Shown here: piece by piece, positions 31,049 to 42,934 of the stretch
How positions within the stretch are numbered: position 1 is the stretch's first letter
Layout of the letters: every line of letters begins with the position of its first letter
Source: an uncultured Acidimicrobiia bacterium
GTDB taxonomy: Bacteria > Acidobacteriota > Vicinamibacteria > Vicinamibacterales > UBA2999
Assembly (NCBI GenBank): GCA_963795125.1
Contig: CAWCGQ010000001.1
Location: 1,175,024 to 1,239,023, forward strand
Direction: 5' to 3'
DNA length: 64,000 nt
The notes under the pieces: generated by a model
The model's input: only the letters and a program-made list of their open reading frames with translations
What the model was told of the DNA's origin: nothing
Databases searched by the model: none
Program-made: the position numbers and the translations under genes

Positions 31049-32773
31049 TCACTCCGCCGGCGGGAAGAGCGGTGGATGGCCACGCGGTCCGACCGCGCGC
31101 TCGTAGGCCGCGGCCAGCCCGAGCAGCGCGCCTTCCTGATACAAGTGCCCGGAGAACATCACGCCGGCGGGCGAACCGGTCGGGGCCAACCCGCTCGGCA
31201 CGGCGATCGAGGGATGACCGGTGAGGCTCATCACCGGGTTCAGGCTGGTGGCAGAATCCAGCGTGAGCGTGGTGAACATGATGGCGTCGACGGCAGCGAG
31301 CGCGCGCGCCACCTCCTGCATGATGATGGTCCTCCTGCGGTTCGCCTGCAGGTAGTCAACGGCCGTGGTCAGTGAGCAGGCCCGCAGGTAGCGGCTGGTG
31401 CGCTGACGCAGCGCCGCATGCCGGCCGCTGCGTGTGAACGCGTCGAAGGCGGCCGCGCGCTCGACGTACTCGATGAAATACGAAAGGTCGCCGCTCGGCA
31501 GCGCAATCGCATGCATCGTGCAGCCAAGGTCCTTCAGGGTGGCCAGGACCCGAGCGTTGTTGGCGCGAGCGTCGGCATTGGCTTCCGCGTCCAGCATCGC
31601 CGGCACGTAGCCGATACGCAGGGGGCGGTCCGGCCGCCGCGCGTCCCAGGCGAGCGGGATGGCGTCGGGCACGGCCAGGTCCAGGCCGTCGGTCCCCGCG
31701 ATCACGCTCAGCACCACGCCACAGTCGTCAACCGTTCGGCACATCGGGCCAATCTTGTCGAGGGTCGTGCCCGCGGCCATCACGCCGTGGCGGCTCACCC
31801 GGCCGAACGTTGGCCGCAAGCCGACCACGCCGCAGCGCAGGGCAGGCGAGAGGATCGAGCCGCCGGTGTCGGAGCCGATCGCGAAGCCGACCAGCCCCGC
31901 GGCGGTCGCGGCCCCCGAGCCCGCCGACGATCCGCTCGAACCCTCGGCCGGATTCCACGGGTTGTTGGTGCGTCCGTTGGCCCATTGATCGCCGAAGGCC
32001 ATCTCCCCCGTGGAGAGCTTCGCGATCAGCACGGCACCGGCCTCGCGAAGGCGCACGACGACGGTCGCGTCCCGGTCAAAGGTCTGTGTGGCTAGCGGTG
32101 GTGCTCCCCACGTGGTCGGCCCGCCCCCGGCGGCGATGATGTCCTTCACGCCGTAGGGCACGCCGTGCAGCGGCCCGCGAATGCGTCCGGCCGTCACGTC
32201 CGCGTCGGCGGCCGCCGCCTCCTGTCGCGCCCGTGCCTCCATCAGCGTCACCACGCAGTTGAGTGCGCCGTTGTGGCGCTTCAGCCGACCGAGATACATC
32301 TCCGTCAGCTCGACCGCCGTGGCCTGCCGCGTCCGCACGAGTTCGGCGAGGTGCGTCGCCGGCCAGAACGCCACTTCTTCGAGGCGCCGCGGCCGCCGCA
32401 CGCGCGGTGCGGCTGGCAAGCGCGTGGCCCCGGCCGGCAGCCTGGTGCTGATGCCGGGCGGCCTCGGATCGAAATGGAAGGGCAGCGCCGAGGCGTTGGT
32501 CAACGAGTCCTTGCCGATTAACTCGACACTGGCCGACAGGCTCGATAGCGATGCGGCCACGTCCTCGCATTCAGCCTCCGACCATTCGAGACCGGCCAGC
32601 CGTGCCGCCTGTCGAATGGTGGTGATGGAGACGGTCGTCGTCCCCGGCTTGATCTGCGCGAGCAGCGCCTCTGGAAACGCCGTTGACGCGAGCCCCGCAA
32701 AGGCGCAGTAGCCGAGCAACGCTCGACGACGGGCATCGGGCAGCAGGGCTGTGGTGGTGTCGCGCGATCGCAT
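31049..32773 (-). CDS. amidase-signature family enzyme with twin-arginine signal
   Basis: The N-terminus ..DARRRALLGYCAFAGLAS.. is Tat-like. Amidase signature region GGSSGGSAGA-like (GSSGSSAGSGAA). Confidence 0.85.
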   Translation of the reverse strand: MRSRDTTTALLPDARRRALLGYCAFAGLASTAFPEALLAQIKPGTTTVSITTIRQAARLAGLEWSEAECEDVAASLSSLSASVELIGKDSLTNASALPFHFDPRPPGISTRLPAGATRLPAAPRVRRPRRLEEVAFWPATHLAELVRTRQATAVELTEMYLGRLKRHNGALNCVVTLMEARARQEAAAADADVTAGRIRGPLHGVPYGVKDIIAAGGGPTTWGAPPLATQTFDRDATVVVRLREAGAVLIAKLSTGEMAFGDQWANGRTNNPWNPAEGSSGSSAGSGAATAAGLVGFAIGSDTGGSILSPALRCGVVGLRPTFGRVSRHGVMAAGTTLDKIGPMCRTVDDCGVVLSVIAGTDGLDLAVPDAIPLAWDARRPDRPLRIGYVPAMLDAEANADARANNARVLATLKDLGCTMHAIALPSGDLSYFIEYVERAAAFDAFTRSGRHAALRQRTSRYLRACSLTTAVDYLQANRRRTIIMQEVARALAAVDAIMFTTLTLDSATSLNPVMSLTGHPSIAVPSGLAPTGSPAGVMFSGHLYQEGALLGLAAAYERAVGPRGHPPLFPPAE

Positions 32774-32855
32774 ATCGGAGGAGCATACTCCGCGTCGTCG
32801 CTATAATCGCCACAGCGTGGCCCTGCCGAACTCAATATGCCGTAGCTCAGAGCGG

Positions 32856-35099
32856 CTACGGCAGCGCGAACGCCTGCAGTCCGTTCGACAGCTGCACGAC
32901 GATGTACTGCTTGCCCTGATGCATGTAAGTCATCATCCCGTAGCGGCTCAGCCCCGCGGTGGTGATGGCGCCCCGCCGCTCGCCGGTCTTCTTGTCGATC
33001 GCAAACAGCTTCGTCGCGCCGTCAGCGGTCTGACCGGGTGCGAGCAGCATGGTGGCGGTGACGACCAGGCCACCGAGGCCGGCGCGGCCGAGGTTCGGAT
33101 TGACGTTGTCCACGCCTTTCAGCAAGGGATGATTGCGAATCGCATCCTGCTGCGCTTGCGGCGCATCACCGTACGGCCTCACCCAGAGATACTCGCCGGT
33201 GTTGAGATCGATCGCGGAGATGCGGCCGACGGGACCCTTGAACATCGTCGGGAAACCAGCGAGCGGATCCCCTGGCGCGGCTGCCGCCGCACCGCCGCGG
33301 CCCGCGCCACCACCTCCGCCACCTCCGGGAGGGGCATCATCACCGCCGCCGGCGGCGGCCGCGGGCTGAATGCCCGCCTTCTTCGCCGCTTCCGGATACA
33401 TCTCCGTCGCGGCCCTCACGGATTCACCGGGGCAGGCGGCGCTGGTCGCGACCCAGGCGGCGACCGTCGTACCCGTCTGGCCGAAGCAATCCATCTCGCT
33501 CCCCGGCACCACCACACGCGAGCCGCCGCCGCTGTGCGACGGAATGTAAATAATGCCCGTCGTCGGATCGGCCGCGGGTGGATGCGTGATGTTGGTGCCG
33601 CCGGTTTCGCCGGGATAGAAGCGGCCGGAGGCGAGGCCTTCCTTGTTGCCGCGATGCACGATCGGATTGAAGGGCGGCGCGAGCAACCCCTGAGCGGTGA
33701 CCCGCTTGAGCGCGAGCTCTTTGATCTGCGGCGTGTAGTCGATCACCTGCTCTGCGCTGCGGCCGATGAATTCGTACGGCGCGGGTTTCACCGGGAACGG
33801 TTGCGTCGGCGACAACTTCTCGCCGGGGACTTTCGACGCCGGTACCGGCCGCTCCTGGAAGCCCCAGATGGGCTCACCGGTGATGCGATTAAACGCGTAG
33901 AGGATCGATTGCTTGGTGGCTTGGAACACCGCAGGGATGCGGCGGCCGCCGACGGTCACGTCCATGGCGATCGGCGCGGTCGGCGTGTCGTAGTTCCAGA
34001 CGTCGTGATGCACCATCTGGTAATGCCAGAGCCGCTTGCCGGTCTTGACGTCGAGCGCAATGACGCTCGCCGAGAACAGGTTGTCGCCGGGCCGGAAGCC
34101 GCCGTACATGTCGACCGTCGCGCTGTTGGTCGGAATGTAGACGATGCCGCGCTCCGCATCCGCCGACAGCGGCGCCCACGACGACACATCGCCGGTGGTG
34201 CGCCACGCCTCGTTCTCCCACGTTTCGTGGCCGACCTCGCCCGGCCGCGGAATGACGTGAAACTTCCACAGGAACTTTCCGTCGCGCGCGCTGTAGGCGA
34301 GAATGTCGCCCGGCACATTTTCCTGCCGCGTCTGGTGGTAGCCCTGCTCGGCGGAGTTGCCGACAATGATCACGTCGTTGACGACGATGGGCGGGGAGGA
34401 GCTGGTGATGTAGCCAAGCTCGAGCGGCACGCCCTCGTTGGCGTTGTATTTCTGTTTGCGGCGGACCCACGGGTCCCAATCGCGAATCAAGTCCTCGGCT
34501 AAGTCGACAACGCCGGTGCTCGGAAAGCCGGGCAGCGCAACCTGCTTGCCCCAGTTTGGCAGCGGCTGCCCGGTGTCGGCGTCCAACGCCACGAGGAAAA
34601 AGCCAGGCGTCGCGATGTAGACCACGCCCTTCCCGTTAATCTCCGAATAGGCCACACCTTTGCCGTACGCGGTGCGCATCGAGTACTTCGAGCGGTAAGT
34701 CGCAGGCTCCGCCCAGCTCCACAGCAGCTTGCCGCTGGTCGGATCGATCGACACCACGTGGCGCCGCGGCCCGGCCACGCTCAATAATCTGCCGCCGACG
34801 TAGCTCGGCGTCGCCCTGGCCGTCATCGGGCCGACGACGTCGAGCGGGCTGAACTTCCAGGCTTCTTGCAACGTCTCGAAATTGGCGGGGGTAATCTGCG
34901 CGAGCGGGGAGTACCGGGTATGCCCGATGTCGCCGCCGAGCGTGCGCCATTCGCCGTTCTCAGTGCCGCGCGATGGCGTCTGCGCTGAAGGAACGGTCAA
35001 GGCTGCCGCACCGAGGACAACGACCGCGAGAATCCCGACCAACACCCGTGGATGCCTGCTCATGACGGCGAGCCTAAGCCCCTGAGGCGCCCGGGTCAA
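32856..35099 (-). CDS. PQQ-dependent dehydrogenase (eight-bladed beta-propeller quinoprotein), secreted
   Basis: ..[35 protein letters not shown].. is a typical quinoprotein N-terminus. Signal peptide present; an alternative start is M13 at 35063. Contains a Gly/Ala-rich insert. Confidence 0.8.
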   Translation of the reverse strand: MTRAPQGLRLAVMSRHPRVLVGILAVVVLGAAALTVPSAQTPSRGTENGEWRTLGGDIGHTRYSPLAQITPANFETLQEAWKFSPLDVVGPMTARATPSYVGGRLLSVAGPRRHVVSIDPTSGKLLWSWAEPATYRSKYSMRTAYGKGVAYSEINGKGVVYIATPGFFLVALDADTGQPLPNWGKQVALPGFPSTGVVDLAEDLIRDWDPWVRRKQKYNANEGVPLELGYITSSSPPIVVNDVIIVGNSAEQGYHQTRQENVPGDILAYSARDGKFLWKFHVIPRPGEVGHETWENEAWRTTGDVSSWAPLSADAERGIVYIPTNSATVDMYGGFRPGDNLFSASVIALDVKTGKRLWHYQMVHHDVWNYDTPTAPIAMDVTVGGRRIPAVFQATKQSILYAFNRITGEPIWGFQERPVPASKVPGEKLSPTQPFPVKPAPYEFIGRSAEQVIDYTPQIKELALKRVTAQGLLAPPFNPIVHRGNKEGLASGRFYPGETGGTNITHPPAADPTTGIIYIPSHSGGGSRVVVPGSEMDCFGQTGTTVAAWVATSAACPGESVRAATEMYPEAAKKAGIQPAAAAGGGDDAPPGGGGGGGAGRGGAAAAAPGDPLAGFPTMFKGPVGRISAIDLNTGEYLWVRPYGDAPQAQQDAIRNHPLLKGVDNVNPNLGRAGLGGLVVTATMLLAPGQTADGATKLFAIDKKTGERRGAITTAGLSRYGMMTYMHQGKQYIVVQLSNGLQAFALP

Positions 35100-35174
35100 T
35101 GGTTTTCAGTCGGAACGTGGCGTCGGACGGCCGCGCTGGATGCCTGATATGTTTAGGCGCCGACCCACCCCACG

Positions 35175-35891
35175 ATGAAGCGAATTCTCCCGATGCTGGC
35201 ACTGGTTACGTTCGTCTCCGCGGCGGCCCTCTGGCTGTGGGAGCAGGCCGCGCCGCTTACGGCGGTCGTGGCGGGTGGGGACGGCCCGCCGACGCTGGTC
35301 CTGCTTCACGGTTACGGATCGCGGGCGGAAGACTGGCTGCAGTTCGAGAACAAGTGGCAGCTGCCCGCGGGCACTCGTCGTCTGTTTCCGCAGGCGCCGT
35401 GGCGCGGCCCAGGCCCTCGCCGCGGCTGGTGGTCGCTGCGGCTCGGGAGTTACGTGCCGGAGGACGGCGGGCCGCCGGACATGTCGAGGGCGAATCCCGG
35501 CGGGATCAAGGTCGCCGCGCGACTGGTGCGGGATCTGATCAGGAGCGAACAACAGCCGGTCATCCTCGGCGGGTTTTCACAGGGTGCGATGACCAGCGCC
35601 GAGATTGCTTTTCAATCCGACCAGCAGCTGGCCGCCTTGATCCTGCTGAGCGGGACCACGGTCAACGAAGACGCGTGGGCCGAACACTTCGCGGGCCGCA
35701 GAGACCTGCCGATTTTCATTGCGCACGGGCGCTGGGACGGCGTCCTGTCGTTCGCCATCATGGAACGCTTCCAGGCCCGGCTGAAGGCGTTCGGGATGAA
35801 TGTGACGTGGTATCCGTTCGACGGCGGGCACGACATCCCGATCGGCGTCATCGAGGCGGTCAACGGCTTCGTGACGGGGCTGGCGCCGTAG
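35175..35891 (+). CDS. alpha/beta hydrolase (phospholipase/carboxylesterase family)
   Basis: ..LVLLHGYGSRAEDW.., nucleophile elbow GFSQGA and C-terminal ..GGHDI.. Confidence 0.75.
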   Translation: MKRILPMLALVTFVSAAALWLWEQAAPLTAVVAGGDGPPTLVLLHGYGSRAEDWLQFENKWQLPAGTRRLFPQAPWRGPGPRRGWWSLRLGSYVPEDGGPPDMSRANPGGIKVAARLVRDLIRSEQQPVILGGFSQGAMTSAEIAFQSDQQLAALILLSGTTVNEDAWAEHFAGRRDLPIFIAHGRWDGVLSFAIMERFQARLKAFGMNVTWYPFDGGHDIPIGVIEAVNGFVTGLAP

Positions 35892-38793
35892 CCGTCGATG
35901 CGCGCAAGAGCGCCACCGGGCAGCGGGCAAGCAGACGCCCAACTGCAAGCCTGGCGCGGCCATCCGCTCCCATGTCAGCGGCGATCGAACGGCCGGTAAG
36001 CAGATCGTGGAACTTGCCGGCCTTGATGCCAGCGGGAAGGGTGAGCGTCGTGTCGCCCCAGACGGATTCGCCAATCGGTAGCTGTCGCGGCGCCAGCGCC
36101 GCGACCAGGCGCGGCACCACGGCGATCAGCACGTCGTCACCGGAACGCCGGATAAAGGCAACCGTGTGCCCGGCGGCACTGCCGGCGGCGGTCATCGGCA
36201 GATAGTCGCCATCCAGAAACAGCAGCGGCGTGTCGCGTCGGGCGCGCATGCCGACCGCGGTCACGAACATCTTGATTCGGCCGTCCCTCCACTCGCGCAG
36301 CAGGCCGTCGACGACAGTGGCCCGGGCGGAATCGCGATCGGTGCCGGCATCAGCAGAGTCTGTCACCGGCAGCCACGGCTCGAGTTCGTCGAGACATCGC
36401 CGCCGCAGCGTGAAATCGACGGGCCGGCGATTATCGGGATCGACCAGGCTTTGATCCCACAGCTCGGTGCCCTGGTAGAAATCGGCGACGCCGGGCGACG
36501 CCACTTTGAGGACCAGCTGCGAGAGCGAGCCCACCATGGCCGCCAGCGCCACGCCGTCGGCGAAGCTCTGGAAGCTGTCCACGAACTCGCGAGCGTTGCG
36601 GCCGGCCAGCGATCGCTCGATGAACCGCCGGACGCCTGACTCATAGTCGTCGTTCGGCGTGATCCAGCTGCTATGGATCTTGGCTTCCTTGATTGCCTTG
36701 TGCATGTAGGCGGCCATGCGCTCGACGAAATCCGGCGGCATGTCATCCGCCGCGCGGAGATCGAGCGGCCACGCGCCGAGCAGCGCCTGATAAAACAGGT
36801 ACTCGTCGTTGGCGTCCGGCGCCCGACCGGACGGCAACTGGGTCCGATTGGGCGTGTTGGCGCGCCGCCAGCGGCCGAGCGCCGCCTGCCACGCTTCGGG
36901 AATTTCGGAGAGCACGTTGATGCGCGCGCGCGCATCTTCGCCGCGCTTGGTGTCGTGGGTGGAGGTGGCGAGCATCTCGCCCGGCCACCGCTGCAGCCGA
37001 TCGCGATTGGCGCGATGAAACTCGGCCACCGTCCGGCCGAAGCGCTGCGGATCGCCGCCGACTTCATTCAACGACGACAGCACGTGATAGCGGTAAAAGG
37101 CGGTGTCCTCGACGCCTTTGGCCTGGACCGGGGCGGTGTACTGCTGAAAACGCATCGCCACGTCGATGCGCGATGCCGCCGTTGGACCGGACGCCGCCTG
37201 ATCGTGACCGGCCGGCGGCAACAGGACGCCGCGCAGGAAGTCGAAGATCGAGGTTTCCATCGCCGGGTTGCGCCGCCGGGCATCGGCAATCGCCGCCGCC
37301 ATCGTCGCGATATCCGACTCGGTCGCGCCCGCGCCGGTCACGTAGGTGCGATACACAGGAAAGCAGGCGACCACTTCGCGCAGCGCGCGGCCAAGACTGC
37401 CCGGCGTAAAGTCGCGCGAGCGGCGATCCACTTCCGATAGGCGGTTAATGGCCTGCACCAGCACGTGAAATTCGCTGGACAATGCCGTGGATACGATCAG
37501 TCGCTTGCATTCATAGGCGACGTCCGCGAACAGCTCGGATCGTCCGGTGAACCGCGCGTAGACACGAAGCATCTTCTTCTCGCGGCGGCGATCGATAAAC
37601 ACGCCATTGAGATCGTTGAGAAACGTGTAGCCGGTGGTGCCGGCTACCGGCCAGTCGTCCCGTAACTGTTCCGGCCCGGAAAGAATCTTTTCGACGACGA
37701 TCGTCGCCGCCGGCACGCCCGCCTGGAGCGCGGCGGCCGACATCGCGCCGGCGAGCCGGTGCAGGTAGGCGGCCGGATCGTAGAGACCATCGATGTGATC
37801 GAGCCGCAGTCCGCCCACCCGGCCGGCGGCGGTGAGGGCCAGCACCAGCGAATGGATCTCGTCGAAGACACGCGGATCCTCCACCCGGAGACCGGCCAGC
37901 TGGTTGATGTCGAAAAAGCGACGGTAGTTGATTTCGTCCGAGGCCGTGCGCCAGGAGGCGAGCCGGTAGGGCTGCTGCTCGAGCAGTTCGTGGAGCCGAT
38001 CGAAGCTGGCCGGGTCGCCGGCGCGGCCGTGATACGCGGCGACGGCGCGCTCGATGTGCGCCGCGATTGCGGGTTCGGCGGCGGCCAGCCGAGCGAGGCG
38101 CTCCCGCGCCACCTCCTTCTCGCGCCGGCGTTCGAGGATGTCGTCGGCGTCGCGGCGGGTATAGGCCGGCAGGTTGCGCAGCGCGGTCAGGATGCTTTGG
38201 AATTCGCGCAGCGCGGGATGGTCGACGCCAAGTGTCTGCTCGAGGCTGCCGATCTCCAGGGCGAGGACGGCCGGAATCTTACGGGGATTGAGGGGCAGCC
38301 GGGTGGCGCCATATTGCAACACCAGACTGCCGTGCTCGAATGCCGGCGACAACTGGCCGCTTTCAAGGGTCTCGCCGTACGACTCCCCGAGGATCGGCAG
38401 CAGCAGCCGGTCCTTCAACTCCGGCTTGATCGGATCCCAGTCGATATCGAAGAAGGCGGCATAGGGAGAGCTCGGACCGTTCTCCAGCACGTCGCGCCAC
38501 CACTCGTTGGCCTGCGGATCGATGCCCATGTGATTGGGAACGAAGTCGAGCATCAGCGCGATGCCGTGCCGCCGCAGCTCGTCGGCGAAGGCCTCGAACG
38601 CCGGCGCGCCGCCCAACTCCGGGTTGATCTCGGTGTGGCGGGAAATGTCGTATCCGTGCGTGCTGCCGGGCGCCGCCGTGAAGACCGGCGAGCAGTAACA
38701 GTCGGTCACGCCCAGCGCCGCCAGATACGCGACGAGCTCGCGCGCCGCGTCGAGCGTGAAGCCGCCGTGCAGCTGGAGACGATACGTCACCAC
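35860..38793 (-). CDS. treY: malto-oligosyltrehalose synthase
   Basis: MVTYRLQLHGGFTLDAARELVAYLAALGVTDCYCSPVF..GSTHGYD..LDFVPNHMG.. is a canonical TreY sequence. Confidence 0.92.
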   Translation of the reverse strand: MVTYRLQLHGGFTLDAARELVAYLAALGVTDCYCSPVFTAAPGSTHGYDISRHTEINPELGGAPAFEAFADELRRHGIALMLDFVPNHMGIDPQANEWWRDVLENGPSSPYAAFFDIDWDPIKPELKDRLLLPILGESYGETLESGQLSPAFEHGSLVLQYGATRLPLNPRKIPAVLALEIGSLEQTLGVDHPALREFQSILTALRNLPAYTRRDADDILERRREKEVARERLARLAAAEPAIAAHIERAVAAYHGRAGDPASFDRLHELLEQQPYRLASWRTASDEINYRRFFDINQLAGLRVEDPRVFDEIHSLVLALTAAGRVGGLRLDHIDGLYDPAAYLHRLAGAMSAAALQAGVPAATIVVEKILSGPEQLRDDWPVAGTTGYTFLNDLNGVFIDRRREKKMLRVYARFTGRSELFADVAYECKRLIVSTALSSEFHVLVQAINRLSEVDRRSRDFTPGSLGRALREVVACFPVYRTYVTGAGATESDIATMAAAIADARRRNPAMETSIFDFLRGVLLPPAGHDQAASGPTAASRIDVAMRFQQYTAPVQAKGVEDTAFYRYHVLSSLNEVGGDPQRFGRTVAEFHRANRDRLQRWPGEMLATSTHDTKRGEDARARINVLSEIPEAWQAALGRWRRANTPNRTQLPSGRAPDANDEYLFYQALLGAWPLDLRAADDMPPDFVERMAAYMHKAIKEAKIHSSWITPNDDYESGVRRFIERSLAGRNAREFVDSFQSFADGVALAAMVGSLSQLVLKVASPGVADFYQGTELWDQSLVDPDNRRPVDFTLRRRCLDELEPWLPVTDSADAGTDRDSARATVVDGLLREWRDGRIKMFVTAVGMRARRDTPLLFLDGDYLPMTAAGSAAGHTVAFIRRSGDDVLIAVVPRLVAALAPRQLPIGESVWGDTTLTLPAGIKAGKFHDLLTGRSIAADMGADGRARLAVGRLLARCPVALLRASTATAPAPSRSR

Positions 38794-38845
38794 GGGCCGA
38801 TGCGCGGATGTCGGCGAATGATTGCGACGGCGGCGCGCTGGGGAC

Positions 38846-40722
<1,877 letters not shown>

Positions 40723-40726
<4 letters not shown>

Positions 40727-42231
40727 GCCGCCAGCCCCAGCAGGCGGGTCACCGCACCGAGTGGAATGTGAATCCAGTCCGGCCGATTGTTGATCTGGTA
40801 CTCCAGCTCGTAGAGCGCCTTCTCGAGCTCGAACAGCGCCAGCAGCGCGTCGATCGCGTTCCACTCCGACGGCAGGTGGACGGCGGCGTGGGCGCGCGAT
40901 CGAGCGACGTAGCTTTCCCGGAACGCGCGCCGCAGTGGTGCCGTGGCCAATGCCGCGGCGGGCACGCCGGGATAGCGCGCGCGCACGTCGGCCGCCGCGT
41001 AATCGATGGAGCGCAGCATGCCGGCCACGTCCTTCAGCGCGCACTGCTTGAGGCGCCGGCGCGCGATGGGCTTGGTCGGCTCACCCTCGAAATCAATCAA
41101 GGCGAAGCCCTCGGCGGTCTTCAGGGTCTGTCCGAGGTGAAAGTCGCCGTGGATGCGGATGGTTCGAAAATCGACATCCGACACCCGCGCGTCGAGGAGC
41201 CGGATCTGCCGATCGAGGCGGGTGCGCGCCGCCACCAGCGCGCGGCCCCGACTGAGCAGCCGCTCGGGCCAGGCCTCCAGCACGCGACTGACCAGAACCA
41301 CGGCGTGGTCCGCCTGGGACAGCACCTCGTTTCGCCACCCGGCGACCTCGAGCGCCGTCACCGGCGCCGGCGCGAACGCTTCGACCGAATGATCCGACGA
41401 GAGCGCCAGGTGAAAATCGGCGGTGGTGGCGCCGAGCCGCTCAAAATCGTCCGACAGGCCGCGCACCTCGCCGATGCCGCGCGCCACCGACTCGAGAGCC
41501 GTGACGACATACTTCCAGCCGTCGCCGCGGTTGTCGACCCAGCCCTCGACCACGCCGATCGCGAAATCCTGGCCGGCCGCCGAGCGGTAGGTGATCGATC
41601 CGTCGAGGGGCGGCGCCGCGCGAAAGCTGGTGCGACGCAGGAACCGTCCGATCTCGAGCTGGGGATGTTCGCCCGCCTGCAGCCGGCGAATCAGCTTGAA
41701 CACGTGAGCGGTCCCGACACGCACGGAGGTGTTGCTCTGGTCCTGTCCGACCGGGCGCACCGACGGCGACGACGGGGGTTGAACGGCTTGATCCAGCGCC
41801 GACGTGACGTCGTGGAACCGGATCGTCCCACCGCGCTCTCCGGGCAGGGCGGCGCCGCGGGCAAGCGCGCGCAGCAACGCGAGGACGGTCGCTTCACCGG
41901 CGCTGGCATCGACCACCGGCTGCCCGCCGTCGTCCGGTCCCGCCAGCGTGGCAATCTGAGGCCCGGCGCCCGCCTCGCCGCCGGCGGCGACGACGAGCGC
42001 GTAGCGTTCCGCCTCGCGATGATCGCCGGCATACTCAACACCGGCGATCACCAGTGCCGCGCACTGCTCCGGGTCGAGCCACGCGATCTCTTCAACGCTC
42101 GCCGAGGCGATGGTGACCGACTTGCCGCCAAACCAGCGTTGCGACGGCAGCCAGCGCGGCAGGAACGACGGCAGGTCCCGGGCGATCCAACCGGCGAGGC
42201 GCGCCCGGCTTGCGGGCGGTGACATGCTCAC
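40723..42231 (-). CDS. mak: maltokinase (maltose 1-phosphotransferase, Pep2/Mak)
   Basis: N-terminal ..LPSQRWFGGK.. motif. Aminoglycoside-phosphotransferase-like core ..IHGDFHLGQTL..IDFEGEP.. Lies in GlgE pathway context. Confidence 0.85.
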
Positions 42232-42929
42232 AGGTGCCTCAAGTCAGGCGGTTCGTCCGCATCGCGTGCCGGGAACCAGTGTCCCAGGATGCGCCGCGCG
42301 ATATCTCCGCCGCCGATCCCGAAGGCGATCGCCAGGCCGAACATCACCGCGCCGAAGGCGATCGCGAACGCGGTCAGCACGATGGTCCGCGCGACCGCGA
42401 TCTGGTCGAGCGCCATCGCCGCCGTCAGCAGCAGCACCAGCGCGCGGACGGTGCCGCTCAATACGCGCGGCGACGGCACCTTCGCGTTGACCGCGGCCAG
42501 CTGCGTGGCGCGCCAGGCGACGTTGGCAAACACCACCCCGACGACGATGATGACGATCGCCACCAGCAGGCGCGGCACGAACACTGCGAAGTCGTTGACC
42601 ATGCCGCGGACGGCCGACAGGCCGAGCACGTCGACGCCAGACAGCAGGAAGCCGATCCAGACGATCCAGAACAGAATGCCCGCCACGAGACGTTCAGGCT
42701 CCGGGAGTTCGGCGGCGCGCAGCATGTCGGTGACACCGTTTCTGGCGCACAGTCGGCCGAAGCCGACGCGGCTCAAGACCGTACGGGTGAGCCATCGCAC
42801 CACCGACGCGATCAGCCAGCCGACCAGGACGATGCTGATCGTCAGCACCGTGCGGGGCAGCAGCTCCAGCGCCGACTGCAGGAAATTCCGTCCCGCTTGT
42901 TCGAGTGCCTGAAACACCATTTCGGCCAT
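42228..42929 (-). CDS. small multi-pass membrane protein, 'conserved TM helix' repeat type (MscS-N-terminal-like)
   Basis: Start ATG 42929 with GAGG RBS. Product MAEMVFQALEQAGRNFLQSALELLPRTVLTISIVLVGWLIA.. Repeated ..lP..l.Ai.i...G motifs and about 5 hydrophobic helices. The family assignment is from memory. Confidence 0.6.
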   Translation of the reverse strand: MAEMVFQALEQAGRNFLQSALELLPRTVLTISIVLVGWLIASVVRWLTRTVLSRVGFGRLCARNGVTDMLRAAELPEPERLVAGILFWIVWIGFLLSGVDVLGLSAVRGMVNDFAVFVPRLLVAIVIIVVGVVFANVAWRATQLAAVNAKVPSPRVLSGTVRALVLLLTAAMALDQIAVARTIVLTAFAIAFGAVMFGLAIAFGIGGGDIARRILGHWFPARDADEPPDLRHL

Positions 42930-42934
42930 TGCTC

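Noticed and set aside
32838-32863. tRNA-like string GCCGTAGCTCAGAGCGGCTACGGC (resembles an acceptor/D-arm).
   Set aside because: It is just a 9-bp hairpin with an 8-nt loop overlapping the PQQ dehydrogenase stop codon. There is no anticodon arm, no T-arm (GTTCGAATC-like) and no cloverleaf.
35860-35891. 32-bp overlap of the convergent 3' ends of the esterase and treY (and 16 bp at 61653-61668) as possible antisense regulation.
   Set aside because: Short convergent overlaps are common in compact high-GC genomes. No additional structure or conservation evidence is visible from the sequence alone.
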